A DNA stretch of 64,000 bases, taken from assembly GCA_965203355.1 (NCBI GenBank), contig OZ241889.1:1952001-2016000 (forward strand), written 5' to 3'. This document shows positions 1-8,491 of the stretch, piece after piece. A program made the position numbers and the translations under genes. Below the pieces are notes generated by a model, which was not told where the DNA came from, did not search any database, and saw only the letters and a list, made by a program, of their open reading frames with translations. This DNA comes from Candidatus Latescibacterota bacterium. GTDB lineage: Bacteria; Latescibacterota; UBA2968; UBA8231. Positions within the stretch are counted from its first letter, which is position 1. Every line of letters begins with the position of its first letter.

Positions 1-393
1 GTATGCCATGCAGGCGACCGCGTTGCCGGGAAAGGCCGTCACTATGGAGTCAAAAAGGGCGCGGGCCTCGGCTTGGCGTCCGAGTTTGCTCAGCGTTTGG
101 GCCAACTGCAATCGGGGTTCGATGCGGTCGGGCGCGCGCCGCTGCGCGAGGCCGAGCGGCGATAAGGCTTGTTGGTAGCGCTTTTGCCGCAAGTAGATTT
201 GCCCGAGCGCGAGCGCGGCCTCGGGGTGCAGGGTGTCGCGCCGGACGAGTGCTTCGAGCACGTGGGCGGCCGAGTCCAAACGGCCGGCCGCTAGGTGTTG
301 GCGGGCCTGTTCGTAGCGCTGGGCGCTCTGTGCGGGTAGGGGCGGCTCGGAGGCGCAGCCCAACAAGGCGGCAAACGCGATCCCTAGGCGCAT
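1..393 (-). CDS. TPR-repeat lipoprotein, N-terminal part (runs off the left edge)
   Basis: Not in the ORF track. Manual translation from ATG at 393 gives MRLGIAFAALLGC-ASEPP...YEQARQHLAAGRLDSAAHVLE...PEAALALGQIYLRQKRYQQA..., a lipobox plus TPR-like helices, open to base 1. Confidence 0.8.
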   Translation of the reverse strand, partial: MRLGIAFAALLGCASEPPLPAQSAQRYEQARQHLAAGRLDSAAHVLEALVRRDTLHPEAALALGQIYLRQKRYQQALSPLGLAQRRAPDRIEPRLQLAQTLSKLGRQAEARALFDSIVTAFPGNAVACMAY

Positions 394-541
394 TGGCGTC
401 TTTGGCAGTTCGTACATTTTGCGCTGCATAGTGTACGAACTGAGGGGCAAATTGGCGAATGGCATCGGCGCAAAGCGGTTGATTCGCGGTGCGTTGTGCC
501 CTATACTTTTGCCGAATGAAAACTCTGTGGAGGTAGTCGCA

Positions 542-994
542 ATGAAACAATGGACATGGTTGGCCCTCGCGGGTCTGTTGACCACCCTGAGTTGCGGTTC
601 TGAAGAAGCCGTTCAACCGACGCCCGATTACGCCGATGATTGGGTCGGCGAATACGAGGGCAGCGGGAATTTTGCTCTATCCAATGGCGTCAGCGGAGAA
701 GACCGCCCCGTTACCATGAGTATTGTGCGGGTTTCTCCTAAGCAAGTTACCGTGTCTGCCACGTTGGTTTATGGCGAGGGCCGCAACGATTTCATTCAGG
801 CGATCGACATCCTGCAACCCGACGATCCCGAGCGGCTCACCTTGGAAGTGCGCTACCTCAGTGCTAGGACGGTTTATGCCTTTGCACAAAAAGAAGGCAC
901 GATCACCGGATCCATCGCGACGAGTTCGCTGCGGCTTGGAGGAACTTGGGGCCAGGATCAGATTATGACCGAGATAGAGGTCGTCCGGCAGTAG
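542..994 (+). CDS. Hypothetical lipoprotein
   Basis: GGAGG upstream of ATG 542; MKQWTWLALAGLLTTLSC lipobox; beta-rich mature region (WVGEYEG). Confidence 0.75.
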   Translation: MKQWTWLALAGLLTTLSCGSEEAVQPTPDYADDWVGEYEGSGNFALSNGVSGEDRPVTMSIVRVSPKQVTVSATLVYGEGRNDFIQAIDILQPDDPERLTLEVRYLSARTVYAFAQKEGTITGSIATSSLRLGGTWGQDQIMTEIEVVRQ

Positions 995-1010
995 GATTTT
1001 GCTGTATGAA

Positions 1011-2270
1011 ATGGCCCGTACTAAAAGGAACCGCGAGCGAGTGCCGCGCCGTCGCTTCTTTTATCTAGGAGCCGCCGCGCTGACGATTGCCCTCGGCGTG
1101 GTCGGCTCGTATTGGTATTTGCAGGACCGCGCAATCACCGCGCAAAAAGCCGTCGAGCGCGGCGACCGCTTGCTCGGCAAGGGCCAAATGGACGAAGCGA
1201 TCCGCTATTACCAGCAGGCCATTGAACTGGATCCAGACCTCGCCCAAGCCCATAGCAACTTAGGCGCGACGCACGCGGCACTGGAGCACTTTGCCGAGGC
1301 GATCCCCCACTTCAAACAGGCACTAACGCTAGCCCCCGATCACTTTGAGGCGCGGATTGGCCTCGCTGTTTCGCTCGATGGATTGGGCCGTTTTTTAGCC
1401 GCCGAGGATAGCTATAAGAAGGCGCTGGCCCTCCGGCCCGACTTTGGGGCGGTGTACTACAATCTCGGCTATCTCTACCAGCAACAGGGCCTGTACGCCG
1501 AGGCCGCCACCCAGTACGAGGAAGCCGTGCGCTTGCTGCCGGGCTTTCTACAAGCTCGGGCCAACTTGGGGAGGGTCTATCACTTGCAGCACCGCTTGGG
1601 CGAAGCTATTGCCGAATACCAGCGCACCCTCGCAGACCACCCGGAGGAAGGGCGGGTACACGCCCTTCTAGGCGAGAGTTACATGGCCTTGAGCCAATAT
1701 GAAGAAGCTAGGGGGGCCTATCGGCGGGCTATGGAACTCGGCGTCGAGACCGCGAGTGCGTTTTACGACCTCGGCGTTATCAGTGAGCAGGAAGGCAAGC
1801 TCGAAGCGGCGCGGAGTTACTTTCACCAGGCCCTGCTCAACAATGCGGCCCACGCCGCCGCCTATCACCGCTTGGGCGCGGTGACGGCTAAGTTGGGGCA
1901 CGAGGAACAGGCGGCTACATACTATTTGGAAGCCATTAAGCGCGACCCCGGCCACGCGGGTGCTCACTACAGCTTGGCCCAGCTTTACCTCAAGCAGGGG
2001 CGCGGCGACGAGGGGCGCGAGCTAATGCAGGTCTTTGCCAAGCTCAAGGAATACGAGGGCCGGCTGGCCAGCCTCAAGCGGGCTGCGAGCCGGTCGCCAC
2101 GCTCACCGGAGGCCAGCTACAACGTGGGGCTGCTCCACCTAGAGTTCGGGTATGTCAGCAAGGCCGCCGCGGCCTTTGAGCAACTCCTCAAACTCCATCC
2201 CGAATTTTCCGCCGCGCAGGATCGGCTCGCCGAAATTGAGCGAGTGCGGGCCGCGCACAGCGCGGGTTGA
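1011..2270 (+). CDS. Membrane-anchored TPR-repeat protein
   Basis: Basic N-terminus, one TM helix, then many canonical TPRs (AHSNLGA, YYNLGY, ARANLGR, FYDLGV, SYNVGL). Start could be TTG 999. Confidence 0.9.
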   Translation: MARTKRNRERVPRRRFFYLGAAALTIALGVVGSYWYLQDRAITAQKAVERGDRLLGKGQMDEAIRYYQQAIELDPDLAQAHSNLGATHAALEHFAEAIPHFKQALTLAPDHFEARIGLAVSLDGLGRFLAAEDSYKKALALRPDFGAVYYNLGYLYQQQGLYAEAATQYEEAVRLLPGFLQARANLGRVYHLQHRLGEAIAEYQRTLADHPEEGRVHALLGESYMALSQYEEARGAYRRAMELGVETASAFYDLGVISEQEGKLEAARSYFHQALLNNAAHAAAYHRLGAVTAKLGHEEQAATYYLEAIKRDPGHAGAHYSLAQLYLKQGRGDEGRELMQVFAKLKEYEGRLASLKRAASRSPRSPEASYNVGLLHLEFGYVSKAAAAFEQLLKLHPEFSAAQDRLAEIERVRAAHSAG

Positions 2271-2279
2271 GCTCCATAA

Positions 2280-3959
2280 CTAAAAAGGATTCGCGCCGAG
2301 TTCGAGCAGGGTGTGTCCCTGCCCTTGGCGGACGACTAAGAGCTTGTTGGCGGGCACGTTGTCGACCGCGTAGGTGCTGCTGTTGGGATAGGTGATTTCG
2401 ACGCGGGCGACCGTTTGCGCCGCGCCCAAGCCGAAGTAGGAGCGCAAGTCGCTGTGCGAAAGATAGCTGGCCGCGCCATGGACCGTGCGCCACTGGTGCT
2501 GGCCGGCTGCTCGTAGGCTGATGCGCGTACCGACCCCATCGCGATTGTCCTCGCGGCCAAAGACCTGTACCACGAGATAGTTCCCGGCGTTTCCGCCTTC
2601 GTTGCGCAGTAAAGTTGGCGCGTCGTTGAGCTCAACGACGAAGAGGTCGATATCGCCGTCGTCGTCGTAGTCGCCAAAGCTGGTGCCGCGGCTGACTTTG
2701 GCCGGTGCCAGCCCAAGGCCGGCTGACACCGGGGCGAAGCGGCCACCGCCCTCGTTGCGGAAGAGTTGGTTGGGCTGGCGGTACGTGGTGCCGGTGGCGG
2801 CTTGGTCGACTTGCGGATATACGTGGCCGTTGGCGACGAAAAGGTCGAGACGCCCATCGTTGTCGTAGTCGAAAAAGCGCGTTCCCCAACCGAGCAACTC
2901 TACCGTGGCCGCCGCGAGACCCGCGGTGGTCGTGACGTCGGTGAAGCGGCCGCCGCCCTCGTTGCGGTAGAGCGTATTGGTCTCGGTAAAAAAGTGCGTC
3001 ACGTACAGGTCTGGGTCGCCGTCTTGATCGTAGTCGCCAAAGTCCGCGCCCATACCGGCTTCGACGTCGCCGTCGCCGTTGTACGCCACCCCGGCGATGA
3101 GAGCGATGTCTTGAAAGGTGCCGTCGCCTTGGTTTTGGAAGAGCACGTTGGGGGTTTCGTCGTTGGCGACAAAGAGGTCGCTATCGCCATCGGAATCGAA
3201 ATCGGTCGGTACCACGCCCAAGCCGTAGTAGCGGTTGGCGGTGGCCACGCCGGACGCTTGGGTGACGTCGGTAAACGCGCCGTCGCCGTCGTTGCGATAG
3301 AGCACATCCGGTGCGCCGACTAGGCCCTTGGGACCGCAATAGACGCGGAGGCCGCTAAAAAAGGTGCAGAGCGGCGGCTCAGCCGGCCGGTGCTCGGCAT
3401 CAAAGACGACGTAGTTGACCACGTACAAGTCGAGGTCGCCGTCGTGGTCGTAGTCGAAGAAGGCGGCGCTAGCACTGTATTGATCGCCGCCAATGCCTGC
3501 TTCTTGAGTCGCATCGACAAAGCGGTCGCTGCCGCGATTGCGGTAGAGCACGTTGGCCCCGTAGTTGGTCGCGTAGAGGTCGGGGCGGCCATCGTTGTCC
3601 ATGTCGCCCACGGCCACGCCACCGCCCCAACCGGCGTCGCCGACCCCGGCTTTTCGCGTGATTTCCACAAAAGTGCCGTCGCCGCGATTGCGGTAGAGCG
3701 CGTTGCCCGGCCCCGAGCGGTCGCGGTAGGTGGCAAAGGTAGCCCCGTTGACTATGTAGAGGTCGAGGTCGCCATCGGAGTCGTGGTCGAAGAAGGCCGC
3801 GCCGCTGCCGTGGGACTCTAGAATGTAGTGCTTTTCTGGGCCGCCAAATACATTGCGGTACGCGATGCCAGCCGCCGCGGTTTGGTCGCTAAATTGGGGC
3901 TGGGCGTGCAGGGGGAGGGCGCCCAGCAGTGCCGCGCAAAACAGCGGAAAGACGCGCAA
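2280..3959 (-). CDS. CRTAC1-family protein (FG-GAP repeats + ASPIC/UnbV domain)
   Basis: Signal peptide; repeated DxDxDGDLDL...N.LYRN.GDG.F.D motifs; C-terminal NRDGVG...YLSHSD...FGLG ASPIC/UnbV signature. Confidence 0.92.
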   Translation of the reverse strand: MRVFPLFCAALLGALPLHAQPQFSDQTAAAGIAYRNVFGGPEKHYILESHGSGAAFFDHDSDGDLDLYIVNGATFATYRDRSGPGNALYRNRGDGTFVEITRKAGVGDAGWGGGVAVGDMDNDGRPDLYATNYGANVLYRNRGSDRFVDATQEAGIGGDQYSASAAFFDYDHDGDLDLYVVNYVVFDAEHRPAEPPLCTFFSGLRVYCGPKGLVGAPDVLYRNDGDGAFTDVTQASGVATANRYYGLGVVPTDFDSDGDSDLFVANDETPNVLFQNQGDGTFQDIALIAGVAYNGDGDVEAGMGADFGDYDQDGDPDLYVTHFFTETNTLYRNEGGGRFTDVTTTAGLAAATVELLGWGTRFFDYDNDGRLDLFVANGHVYPQVDQAATGTTYRQPNQLFRNEGGGRFAPVSAGLGLAPAKVSRGTSFGDYDDDGDIDLFVVELNDAPTLLRNEGGNAGNYLVVQVFGREDNRDGVGTRISLRAAGQHQWRTVHGAASYLSHSDLRSYFGLGAAQTVARVEITYPNSSTYAVDNVPANKLLVVRQGQGHTLLELGANPF

Positions 3960-3960
3960 G

Positions 3961-4779
3961 TTAAGGGGCGACCGCGTAGTTTAGGCCCGTGAGCAGGTGC
4001 AATGCTTCTTTTGCGGCCTCGTGGTCGGGACCGGTGCGCTCGGCGAACATGCGCTCTAACGGCCCCACAGCCGTGGTGTCGCCGATGCGGCCGAGGGTGC
4101 GGGCACTCTCCACGCGGACCCAGAGGTTGTCGTCGGTCAAGGCGAGGCACAGCGCGTCGAGGGCGCGGTGCGTCCGGTGGTGTCCCAATAGCTGCGCGGC
4201 GACATAGCGCACGTTGGCGTCGCGGTCGCGCAGCGCGGCGAGGGCGGCGGCGGCGGCGTCTGAAGTCCACAGAAACTGAAGCGCGGCCAGGGCCTGCCGA
4301 CGCACCGCCGGGATGGTATCGGCCAAGGCGCGCACCAGTGCGGGCACGGCGGTGGTGTCGCGGAGATTGCCCAAGCTCCAAGCGGCCGCGCCGCGCACCT
4401 CGGGGGCCGAGTCGCGGGAGAGGACGCTGGCCAAGGTGGCGTGGAGGCGGGAATCGTCGAGCTGGCCGAGGGCGCGGACGGCCTGTTCGCGGACATGGCG
4501 ATTGTCGTTGCCGAGGAGCGATTTGAGGAAGGGGATGGCGCGTCGGTCGCCGATTTGGCCGAGGATTTGCGCGGCAATGTAGCGCAAGCTATCGCTGCCA
4601 GCGGCCGCGCGGTTCAGCAAAGGATCGACCGCCGCGCCGCCTATCTGCACCAAAGCGTGGCTGGCGTCGAGGCGAACTTGACGCCGGGCATCGGCGAGTT
4701 GGTCAATGTGGTATTCGGCTCGTTGGGCGGCGCAACTCAAAAGGCTGGCACAGAGGGTTGCTAGGGCGAGCTTGGGCAT
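3961..4779 (-). CDS. HEAT-repeat lipoprotein
   Basis: Lipobox LLSC; repeated VR..AA..LG.IGD..A.P.L PBS-lyase/HEAT motifs. Confidence 0.88.
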   Translation of the reverse strand: MPKLALATLCASLLSCAAQRAEYHIDQLADARRQVRLDASHALVQIGGAAVDPLLNRAAAGSDSLRYIAAQILGQIGDRRAIPFLKSLLGNDNRHVREQAVRALGQLDDSRLHATLASVLSRDSAPEVRGAAAWSLGNLRDTTAVPALVRALADTIPAVRRQALAALQFLWTSDAAAAALAALRDRDANVRYVAAQLLGHHRTHRALDALCLALTDDNLWVRVESARTLGRIGDTTAVGPLERMFAERTGPDHEAAKEALHLLTGLNYAVAP

Positions 4780-4790
4780 GGCGGCGGTTT

Positions 4791-4830
4791 AAGTGAAAGC
4801 AGGGGTCAAGCGTTAGACCGGACCCCTGCC
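4791..4830 (-). terminator. Possible intrinsic terminator or attenuator hairpin
   Basis: GCAGGGGTC (4799-4807) / GACCCCTGC (4821-4829) inverted repeat followed by TTTCACTT on the minus strand. Confidence 0.45.
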
Positions 4831-4856
4831 TTGGCGTTGGCTGTGCAACAAAAAGC

Positions 4857-6074
4857 CTAGTTGACCATCTGCATGAGGCGTTGGGTAATCGACCCTTCTT
4901 GGGTCAGGGCGTAGATGATGATGTTGACCGCTAGTTGGAGCTGACGGGTCGAGTCGCCGCCGCGTTGGTCGTTTTCCCAGCCCCAGCCCCCGGTGTCGCC
5001 GGGCGTGACGCTCGCCAGCCTACCTTTGATGTAATGGCCGCGCAGATAGTTCCAGGTCCTAACGCCTGATTTGCCCTGCCCTAGCGAGGGAGGATAGCCA
5101 AAAGGTACGCCGCCACTTAGATCGAAGAAGGAGGTGTAAACGGGGTGATTTTCCGGCAGGCGCTCGGACCAGAAGTCCTTGCCGCGGACTAGGCCACCGT
5201 ATTTTTCGAGGGCTTCCTCGTAGATCCCGTTGAACGTAAAACCGCCCGCCATTAAGTACTCGGCCAAGTTGGCCATTTCGGTGTCGTTGGGGGTGCCTTG
5301 GGGCTCGACGAGGACGGGTACTTCGAGCAGGCGCGGATCGTCAAACGTGATAAAGCCGAGGAATTCGGCCTTGAGGCCGGTGTACTCGTTGAGTACGTCG
5401 CGTAGCCGGTCGATGGTTTTGACGCGGAGCGTGACCGTGCCGTAGCCAGAGGTACCACCGGCCAGCGCGCGCGAGGACATGACTTGGGCCAGTTTGACAA
5501 ACCCCTTGATGGCCTGCTTGTCGGTGGCGTCTTGGACGATAATGGCGCGGTAGCGACCGGTGTCCATGTTGTCGACGTCGAGCATCTCCAAGCCCATGTC
5601 GATCTTGTGCTCGGAGGTGCGGGTGCTGGTCACGGCCGCGGCTGTCAACTTCGGCTCGATCGTCATACCGCTCGTCGCGCTGAAGGCGGATTGCCCGGAC
5701 AGGCGGATCCCGGATCCGCTGACGCCGGCGATTAGGCTGCGGGTGTTGAACGAGGCGGTGGCCTGCACTTGGTCCATGCGTGCTTGCGCTAGCTGGACTT
5801 CGCGGCGTGCGAGCTGGCGTTTGGGCTGGGGGATTTTGCGCAGCTCCAGTGGCTTGGTCAGCCGCGGCTCGCGCTTGATGAACTTGGTCGTCAGCGGTCG
5901 CGGCGTCTTTTTCTCGCCCTCTTGAAAGGGGTTGATCGCCACGACGATGAGCAGGAGGGCTGCCGCCGAGGCTAGGGCGATAACAAAGCCTCGGCGCAGG
6001 CGGCGAACTAGACTGTCGAGCTCAAAATCTTGCGTGGGCGAAGCAAAGCGCGTGGAGCCCCATTTCTCATTCAT
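4857..6074 (-). CDS. Single-TM protein with Pro/Lys-rich stalk and C-terminal DUF4159-like domain
   Basis: TM FVIALASAAALLLIVVAI; stalk KTPRPLTTKFIKREPRLTKPLELRKIPQPK; C-terminal NLAEYLMAGGF, LPENHPVYTSFFD, QLAVNIIIYALTQ typical of DUF4159. Confidence 0.75.
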   Translation of the reverse strand: MNEKWGSTRFASPTQDFELDSLVRRLRRGFVIALASAAALLLIVVAINPFQEGEKKTPRPLTTKFIKREPRLTKPLELRKIPQPKRQLARREVQLAQARMDQVQATASFNTRSLIAGVSGSGIRLSGQSAFSATSGMTIEPKLTAAAVTSTRTSEHKIDMGLEMLDVDNMDTGRYRAIIVQDATDKQAIKGFVKLAQVMSSRALAGGTSGYGTVTLRVKTIDRLRDVLNEYTGLKAEFLGFITFDDPRLLEVPVLVEPQGTPNDTEMANLAEYLMAGGFTFNGIYEEALEKYGGLVRGKDFWSERLPENHPVYTSFFDLSGGVPFGYPPSLGQGKSGVRTWNYLRGHYIKGRLASVTPGDTGGWGWENDQRGGDSTRQLQLAVNIIIYALTQEGSITQRLMQMVN

Positions 6075-6197
6075 CGCGGATTTCTCCTCGGTGGTAATGC
6101 CCTACTCGTGCGACGAGCGACTGGTAGGGCGCGGGGATTCGAGGCGGCGGAGCAAGGGCGACCATTTTCTGCCGAATAGCCGCTCGTGGAAACTCGG

Positions 6198-7208
6198 TCA
6201 CAATGACTTCCTCGAAGGACGTTTGAGGGAAATAACTCGGTCTTGGATCTGTAGGCCCTCTCGGCGTTTTTTGAGCTTCTTATCGAGTTGGCGCAGCCGG
6301 GCGATGGCCGTGGTAGAATCCACGTCAACCACCTCTATTTGCCCGACTTTTTGCTGCGATGGCCTAGGGCGCCACACATCGAACCGCATGCGCTTTGTCA
6401 GCCCGTGCCAGGCCCCGATGTTTAGCTGGACGTGGGGTTTGCCTTTCCGTTTGGGTAAGACGGCTGCTATGCGGCCCTCTAGCGGCAAATTCGCGTCTAG
6501 GTCGGGTGCGAGATCGTCGGCCAACCCCTTTAACACGCCGCGGATAACGGTGAGATCGCTACTGGGATTCGAGATGAACCAACGCTCGGCGACGTTGAGT
6601 GCGCGTTCTGTGGCGGGATCGGCCATTTGCAAGCGGAGAAGATCGGCTAAAAAAACGCGCGTCAAACCAGGATGCGACGCGCCCGGATACTTCCAAGTAT
6701 TATAAATGAATAGGTGTTGGTCATAAGGTATCACGGCTGATGAGTCGCGCAAGTCCGACCAGAAGATTTTGTCTCGGTGCCGATCCTCCAGCTTGACTTC
6801 AAGTTGACAGACGATGGAAGGCAGGGAAATCACTTCATAGGAACGGTCTGCGCTCGGCCCGCTGTCGTCGAATAGGCCCGGATCCGCATGGTAGTGAATG
6901 ACTTGGTTGTGGTATGTTTTGTGGGCTTTGTTGAACGCGAAGTGAGCGATGTAGTCAATGGATTCTTGCCCCGTGCGGATGCTCGGCAAGCGCACGACGC
7001 GAAAGCGGCCTAAGTCGGCAAAAGCGTCTCCGATCGCGCGCTCGATTTCCAACATCAGGCGGGGATGCTGCTCGGCGAGGTGGACGGGCAGGATCGCTGG
7101 ATCGACGAGATTGGTAAAGACCAAGCCGATGGTGTAGATGTGCGGTTGGGCGTTGGTCGGCTGGCCGCCGAGTGCGAGGGCCACTCCAATGAGAAAGAGA
7201 GACTTCAC
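6198..7208 (-). CDS. Exported hypothetical protein with FlgT-C-like beta domain
   Basis: GTG start, signal peptide; C-terminus PLEGRI...VQLNIGAWHGL...FDV...KVGQIEVVDV...A.A...IQDRV resembles FlgT/CsgG-associated C-terminal domains. Confidence 0.6.
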   Translation of the reverse strand: MKSLFLIGVALALGGQPTNAQPHIYTIGLVFTNLVDPAILPVHLAEQHPRLMLEIERAIGDAFADLGRFRVVRLPSIRTGQESIDYIAHFAFNKAHKTYHNQVIHYHADPGLFDDSGPSADRSYEVISLPSIVCQLEVKLEDRHRDKIFWSDLRDSSAVIPYDQHLFIYNTWKYPGASHPGLTRVFLADLLRLQMADPATERALNVAERWFISNPSSDLTVIRGVLKGLADDLAPDLDANLPLEGRIAAVLPKRKGKPHVQLNIGAWHGLTKRMRFDVWRPRPSQQKVGQIEVVDVDSTTAIARLRQLDKKLKKRREGLQIQDRVISLKRPSRKSL

Positions 7209-7300
7209 GGGATTAAGTCATGTGCGATTGTTGCGAGAAATCGGTGTATTGTGTCTGCTTAATGATATAACTGGGGCGATCTCGCCGAGCAACTTTTTTC

Positions 7301-7330
7301 TTGACAGCCCTTTGACAGGGGTTTTATTAT
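7301..7330 (+). promoter_or_regulatory. Sigma70-type promoter for the 7384 gene
   Basis: TTGACA (7301-7306), N18, TATTAT (7325-7330); AGGAG RBS before ATG 7384. Confidence 0.65.
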
Positions 7331-7383
7331 CAGCCGTTCAGAGCAAATTGCTCGTCCACTTCTCAAGCTAAGGAGATGCAGTA

Positions 7384-8337
7384 ATGAAGAAGCTGACCCT
7401 TTTGGCTGCGATCGCAGCCTTTTGCGTTACGACGCTGGCCCACGCCCAGCCCCCCGTGCGCTACTTCGACCTGCCCAAGTTCACCCAAGCCCCCACGCTC
7501 GATGGCGACCGCATGACAGTCCCGGATGAGTGGGCTGGTGCGCTGGAATTTAACTGCTCGCCGAGCCAGATTCAGCAAGACGGCCAAGAGTTTGGCTGGC
7601 GCAATATCGAGCAGCAATCTAGCGAGGTAAGCACCAACCAGCTCAACGAAAACGGCGAGACCGAAGTCGCGGGTGAAGGCCGCACGGATGCCGATGTTTC
7701 TTCGATGATCTGGCAGGCATGGGACGATGACGCGCTGTACTACATCACCGAGGTTAGCGATAACGTCCGCGACACCGAGGGAGGTGGTGAGGCACATGCT
7801 TGGTGGGAGCGCGATAGCATGTCCCTGTATCTCGATATGAACAACGAGGATCACCCGGGTGGCGACCCCACCGGCGAGTACGTCAATCTGAATGTGGTCA
7901 ACTTCATGGCCGTGCCTTTTGGTGCAAACGATCTGTCCGTCTGCTACATCACCACCGTGCAGAATCAGCGCGTGAATGTCCACGATCCCGAAGCAATTGA
8001 GGGTTTTGAGTACGGTTTCCGCGATGCCGGCGACGAGTTTGGCGACGAAGGGGATGCCGACTACGTGATCGAGGGGCGGATGGAGTGGGACACCTTCTTG
8101 CGCAATGGCAATCTCTTTGAAGCCCCCACGGCTGGTTCTGAGATGGGCTTTACTTGGCTGTTGGTTGACCCGGATGGCGAAGACGCCTATGGCGGTCAGA
8201 TCCAGTGCGTGGCTTGGGCCGGCGGCAATCAGTCCGAATTTGCCAACTATGTCTTTGTGGACACACCGGCTGGTCCATCAGGCACCGCGGTCGAAGAAGA
8301 TTCTTGGGGCCGCGTAAAGGCGACCTTCGTTCAGTAG
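7384..8337 (+). CDS. Secreted CBM9/DOMON-like sugar-binding protein with C-terminal TAVE-SWGRVK motif
   Basis: Signal peptide; APTLDGD...EW, AWDDDALY...VSDN, WERDSMSLYLD, YVIEGRM.W, GFT.L.D.D match the CBM9-like pattern; very acidic; ends GTAVEEDSWGRVKATFVQ. Confidence 0.78.
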   Translation: MKKLTLLAAIAAFCVTTLAHAQPPVRYFDLPKFTQAPTLDGDRMTVPDEWAGALEFNCSPSQIQQDGQEFGWRNIEQQSSEVSTNQLNENGETEVAGEGRTDADVSSMIWQAWDDDALYYITEVSDNVRDTEGGGEAHAWWERDSMSLYLDMNNEDHPGGDPTGEYVNLNVVNFMAVPFGANDLSVCYITTVQNQRVNVHDPEAIEGFEYGFRDAGDEFGDEGDADYVIEGRMEWDTFLRNGNLFEAPTAGSEMGFTWLLVDPDGEDAYGGQIQCVAWAGGNQSEFANYVFVDTPAGPSGTAVEEDSWGRVKATFVQ

Positions 8338-8368
8338 TCAATAACTTCTGGCTAGACTTGAATAGAAA

Positions 8369-8407
8369 GCGGGAAGTGGGCTTGACGCCTGCTTCCCGTT
8401 TTTTTTT
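8369..8407 (+). terminator. Rho-independent terminator
   Basis: Stem GCGGGAAGTGGGC / GCCTGCTTCCCGT followed by a run of about 9 T, just after the stop at 8337. Confidence 0.85.
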
Positions 8408-8408
8408 C

Positions 8409-8438
8409 TTGACGCGCGCGTTCTGGCAAATATATGTT
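8409..8438 (+). promoter_or_regulatory. Candidate promoter of the long envelope operon
   Basis: TTGACG (8409-8414), N18, TATGTT (8433-8438), directly after the terminator. Confidence 0.45.
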
Positions 8439-8491
8439 TTCGCCCGTCAATTTTTAGGTCGCTCAATCAACATGACCCGCAAGGGGTTGTC

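Noticed and set aside
3-616. Track ORFs 3-431 (+) and 50-616 (-)
   Set aside because: Arg/Pro-rich off-frame translations; the real gene is the minus-strand TPR lipoprotein starting at 393.
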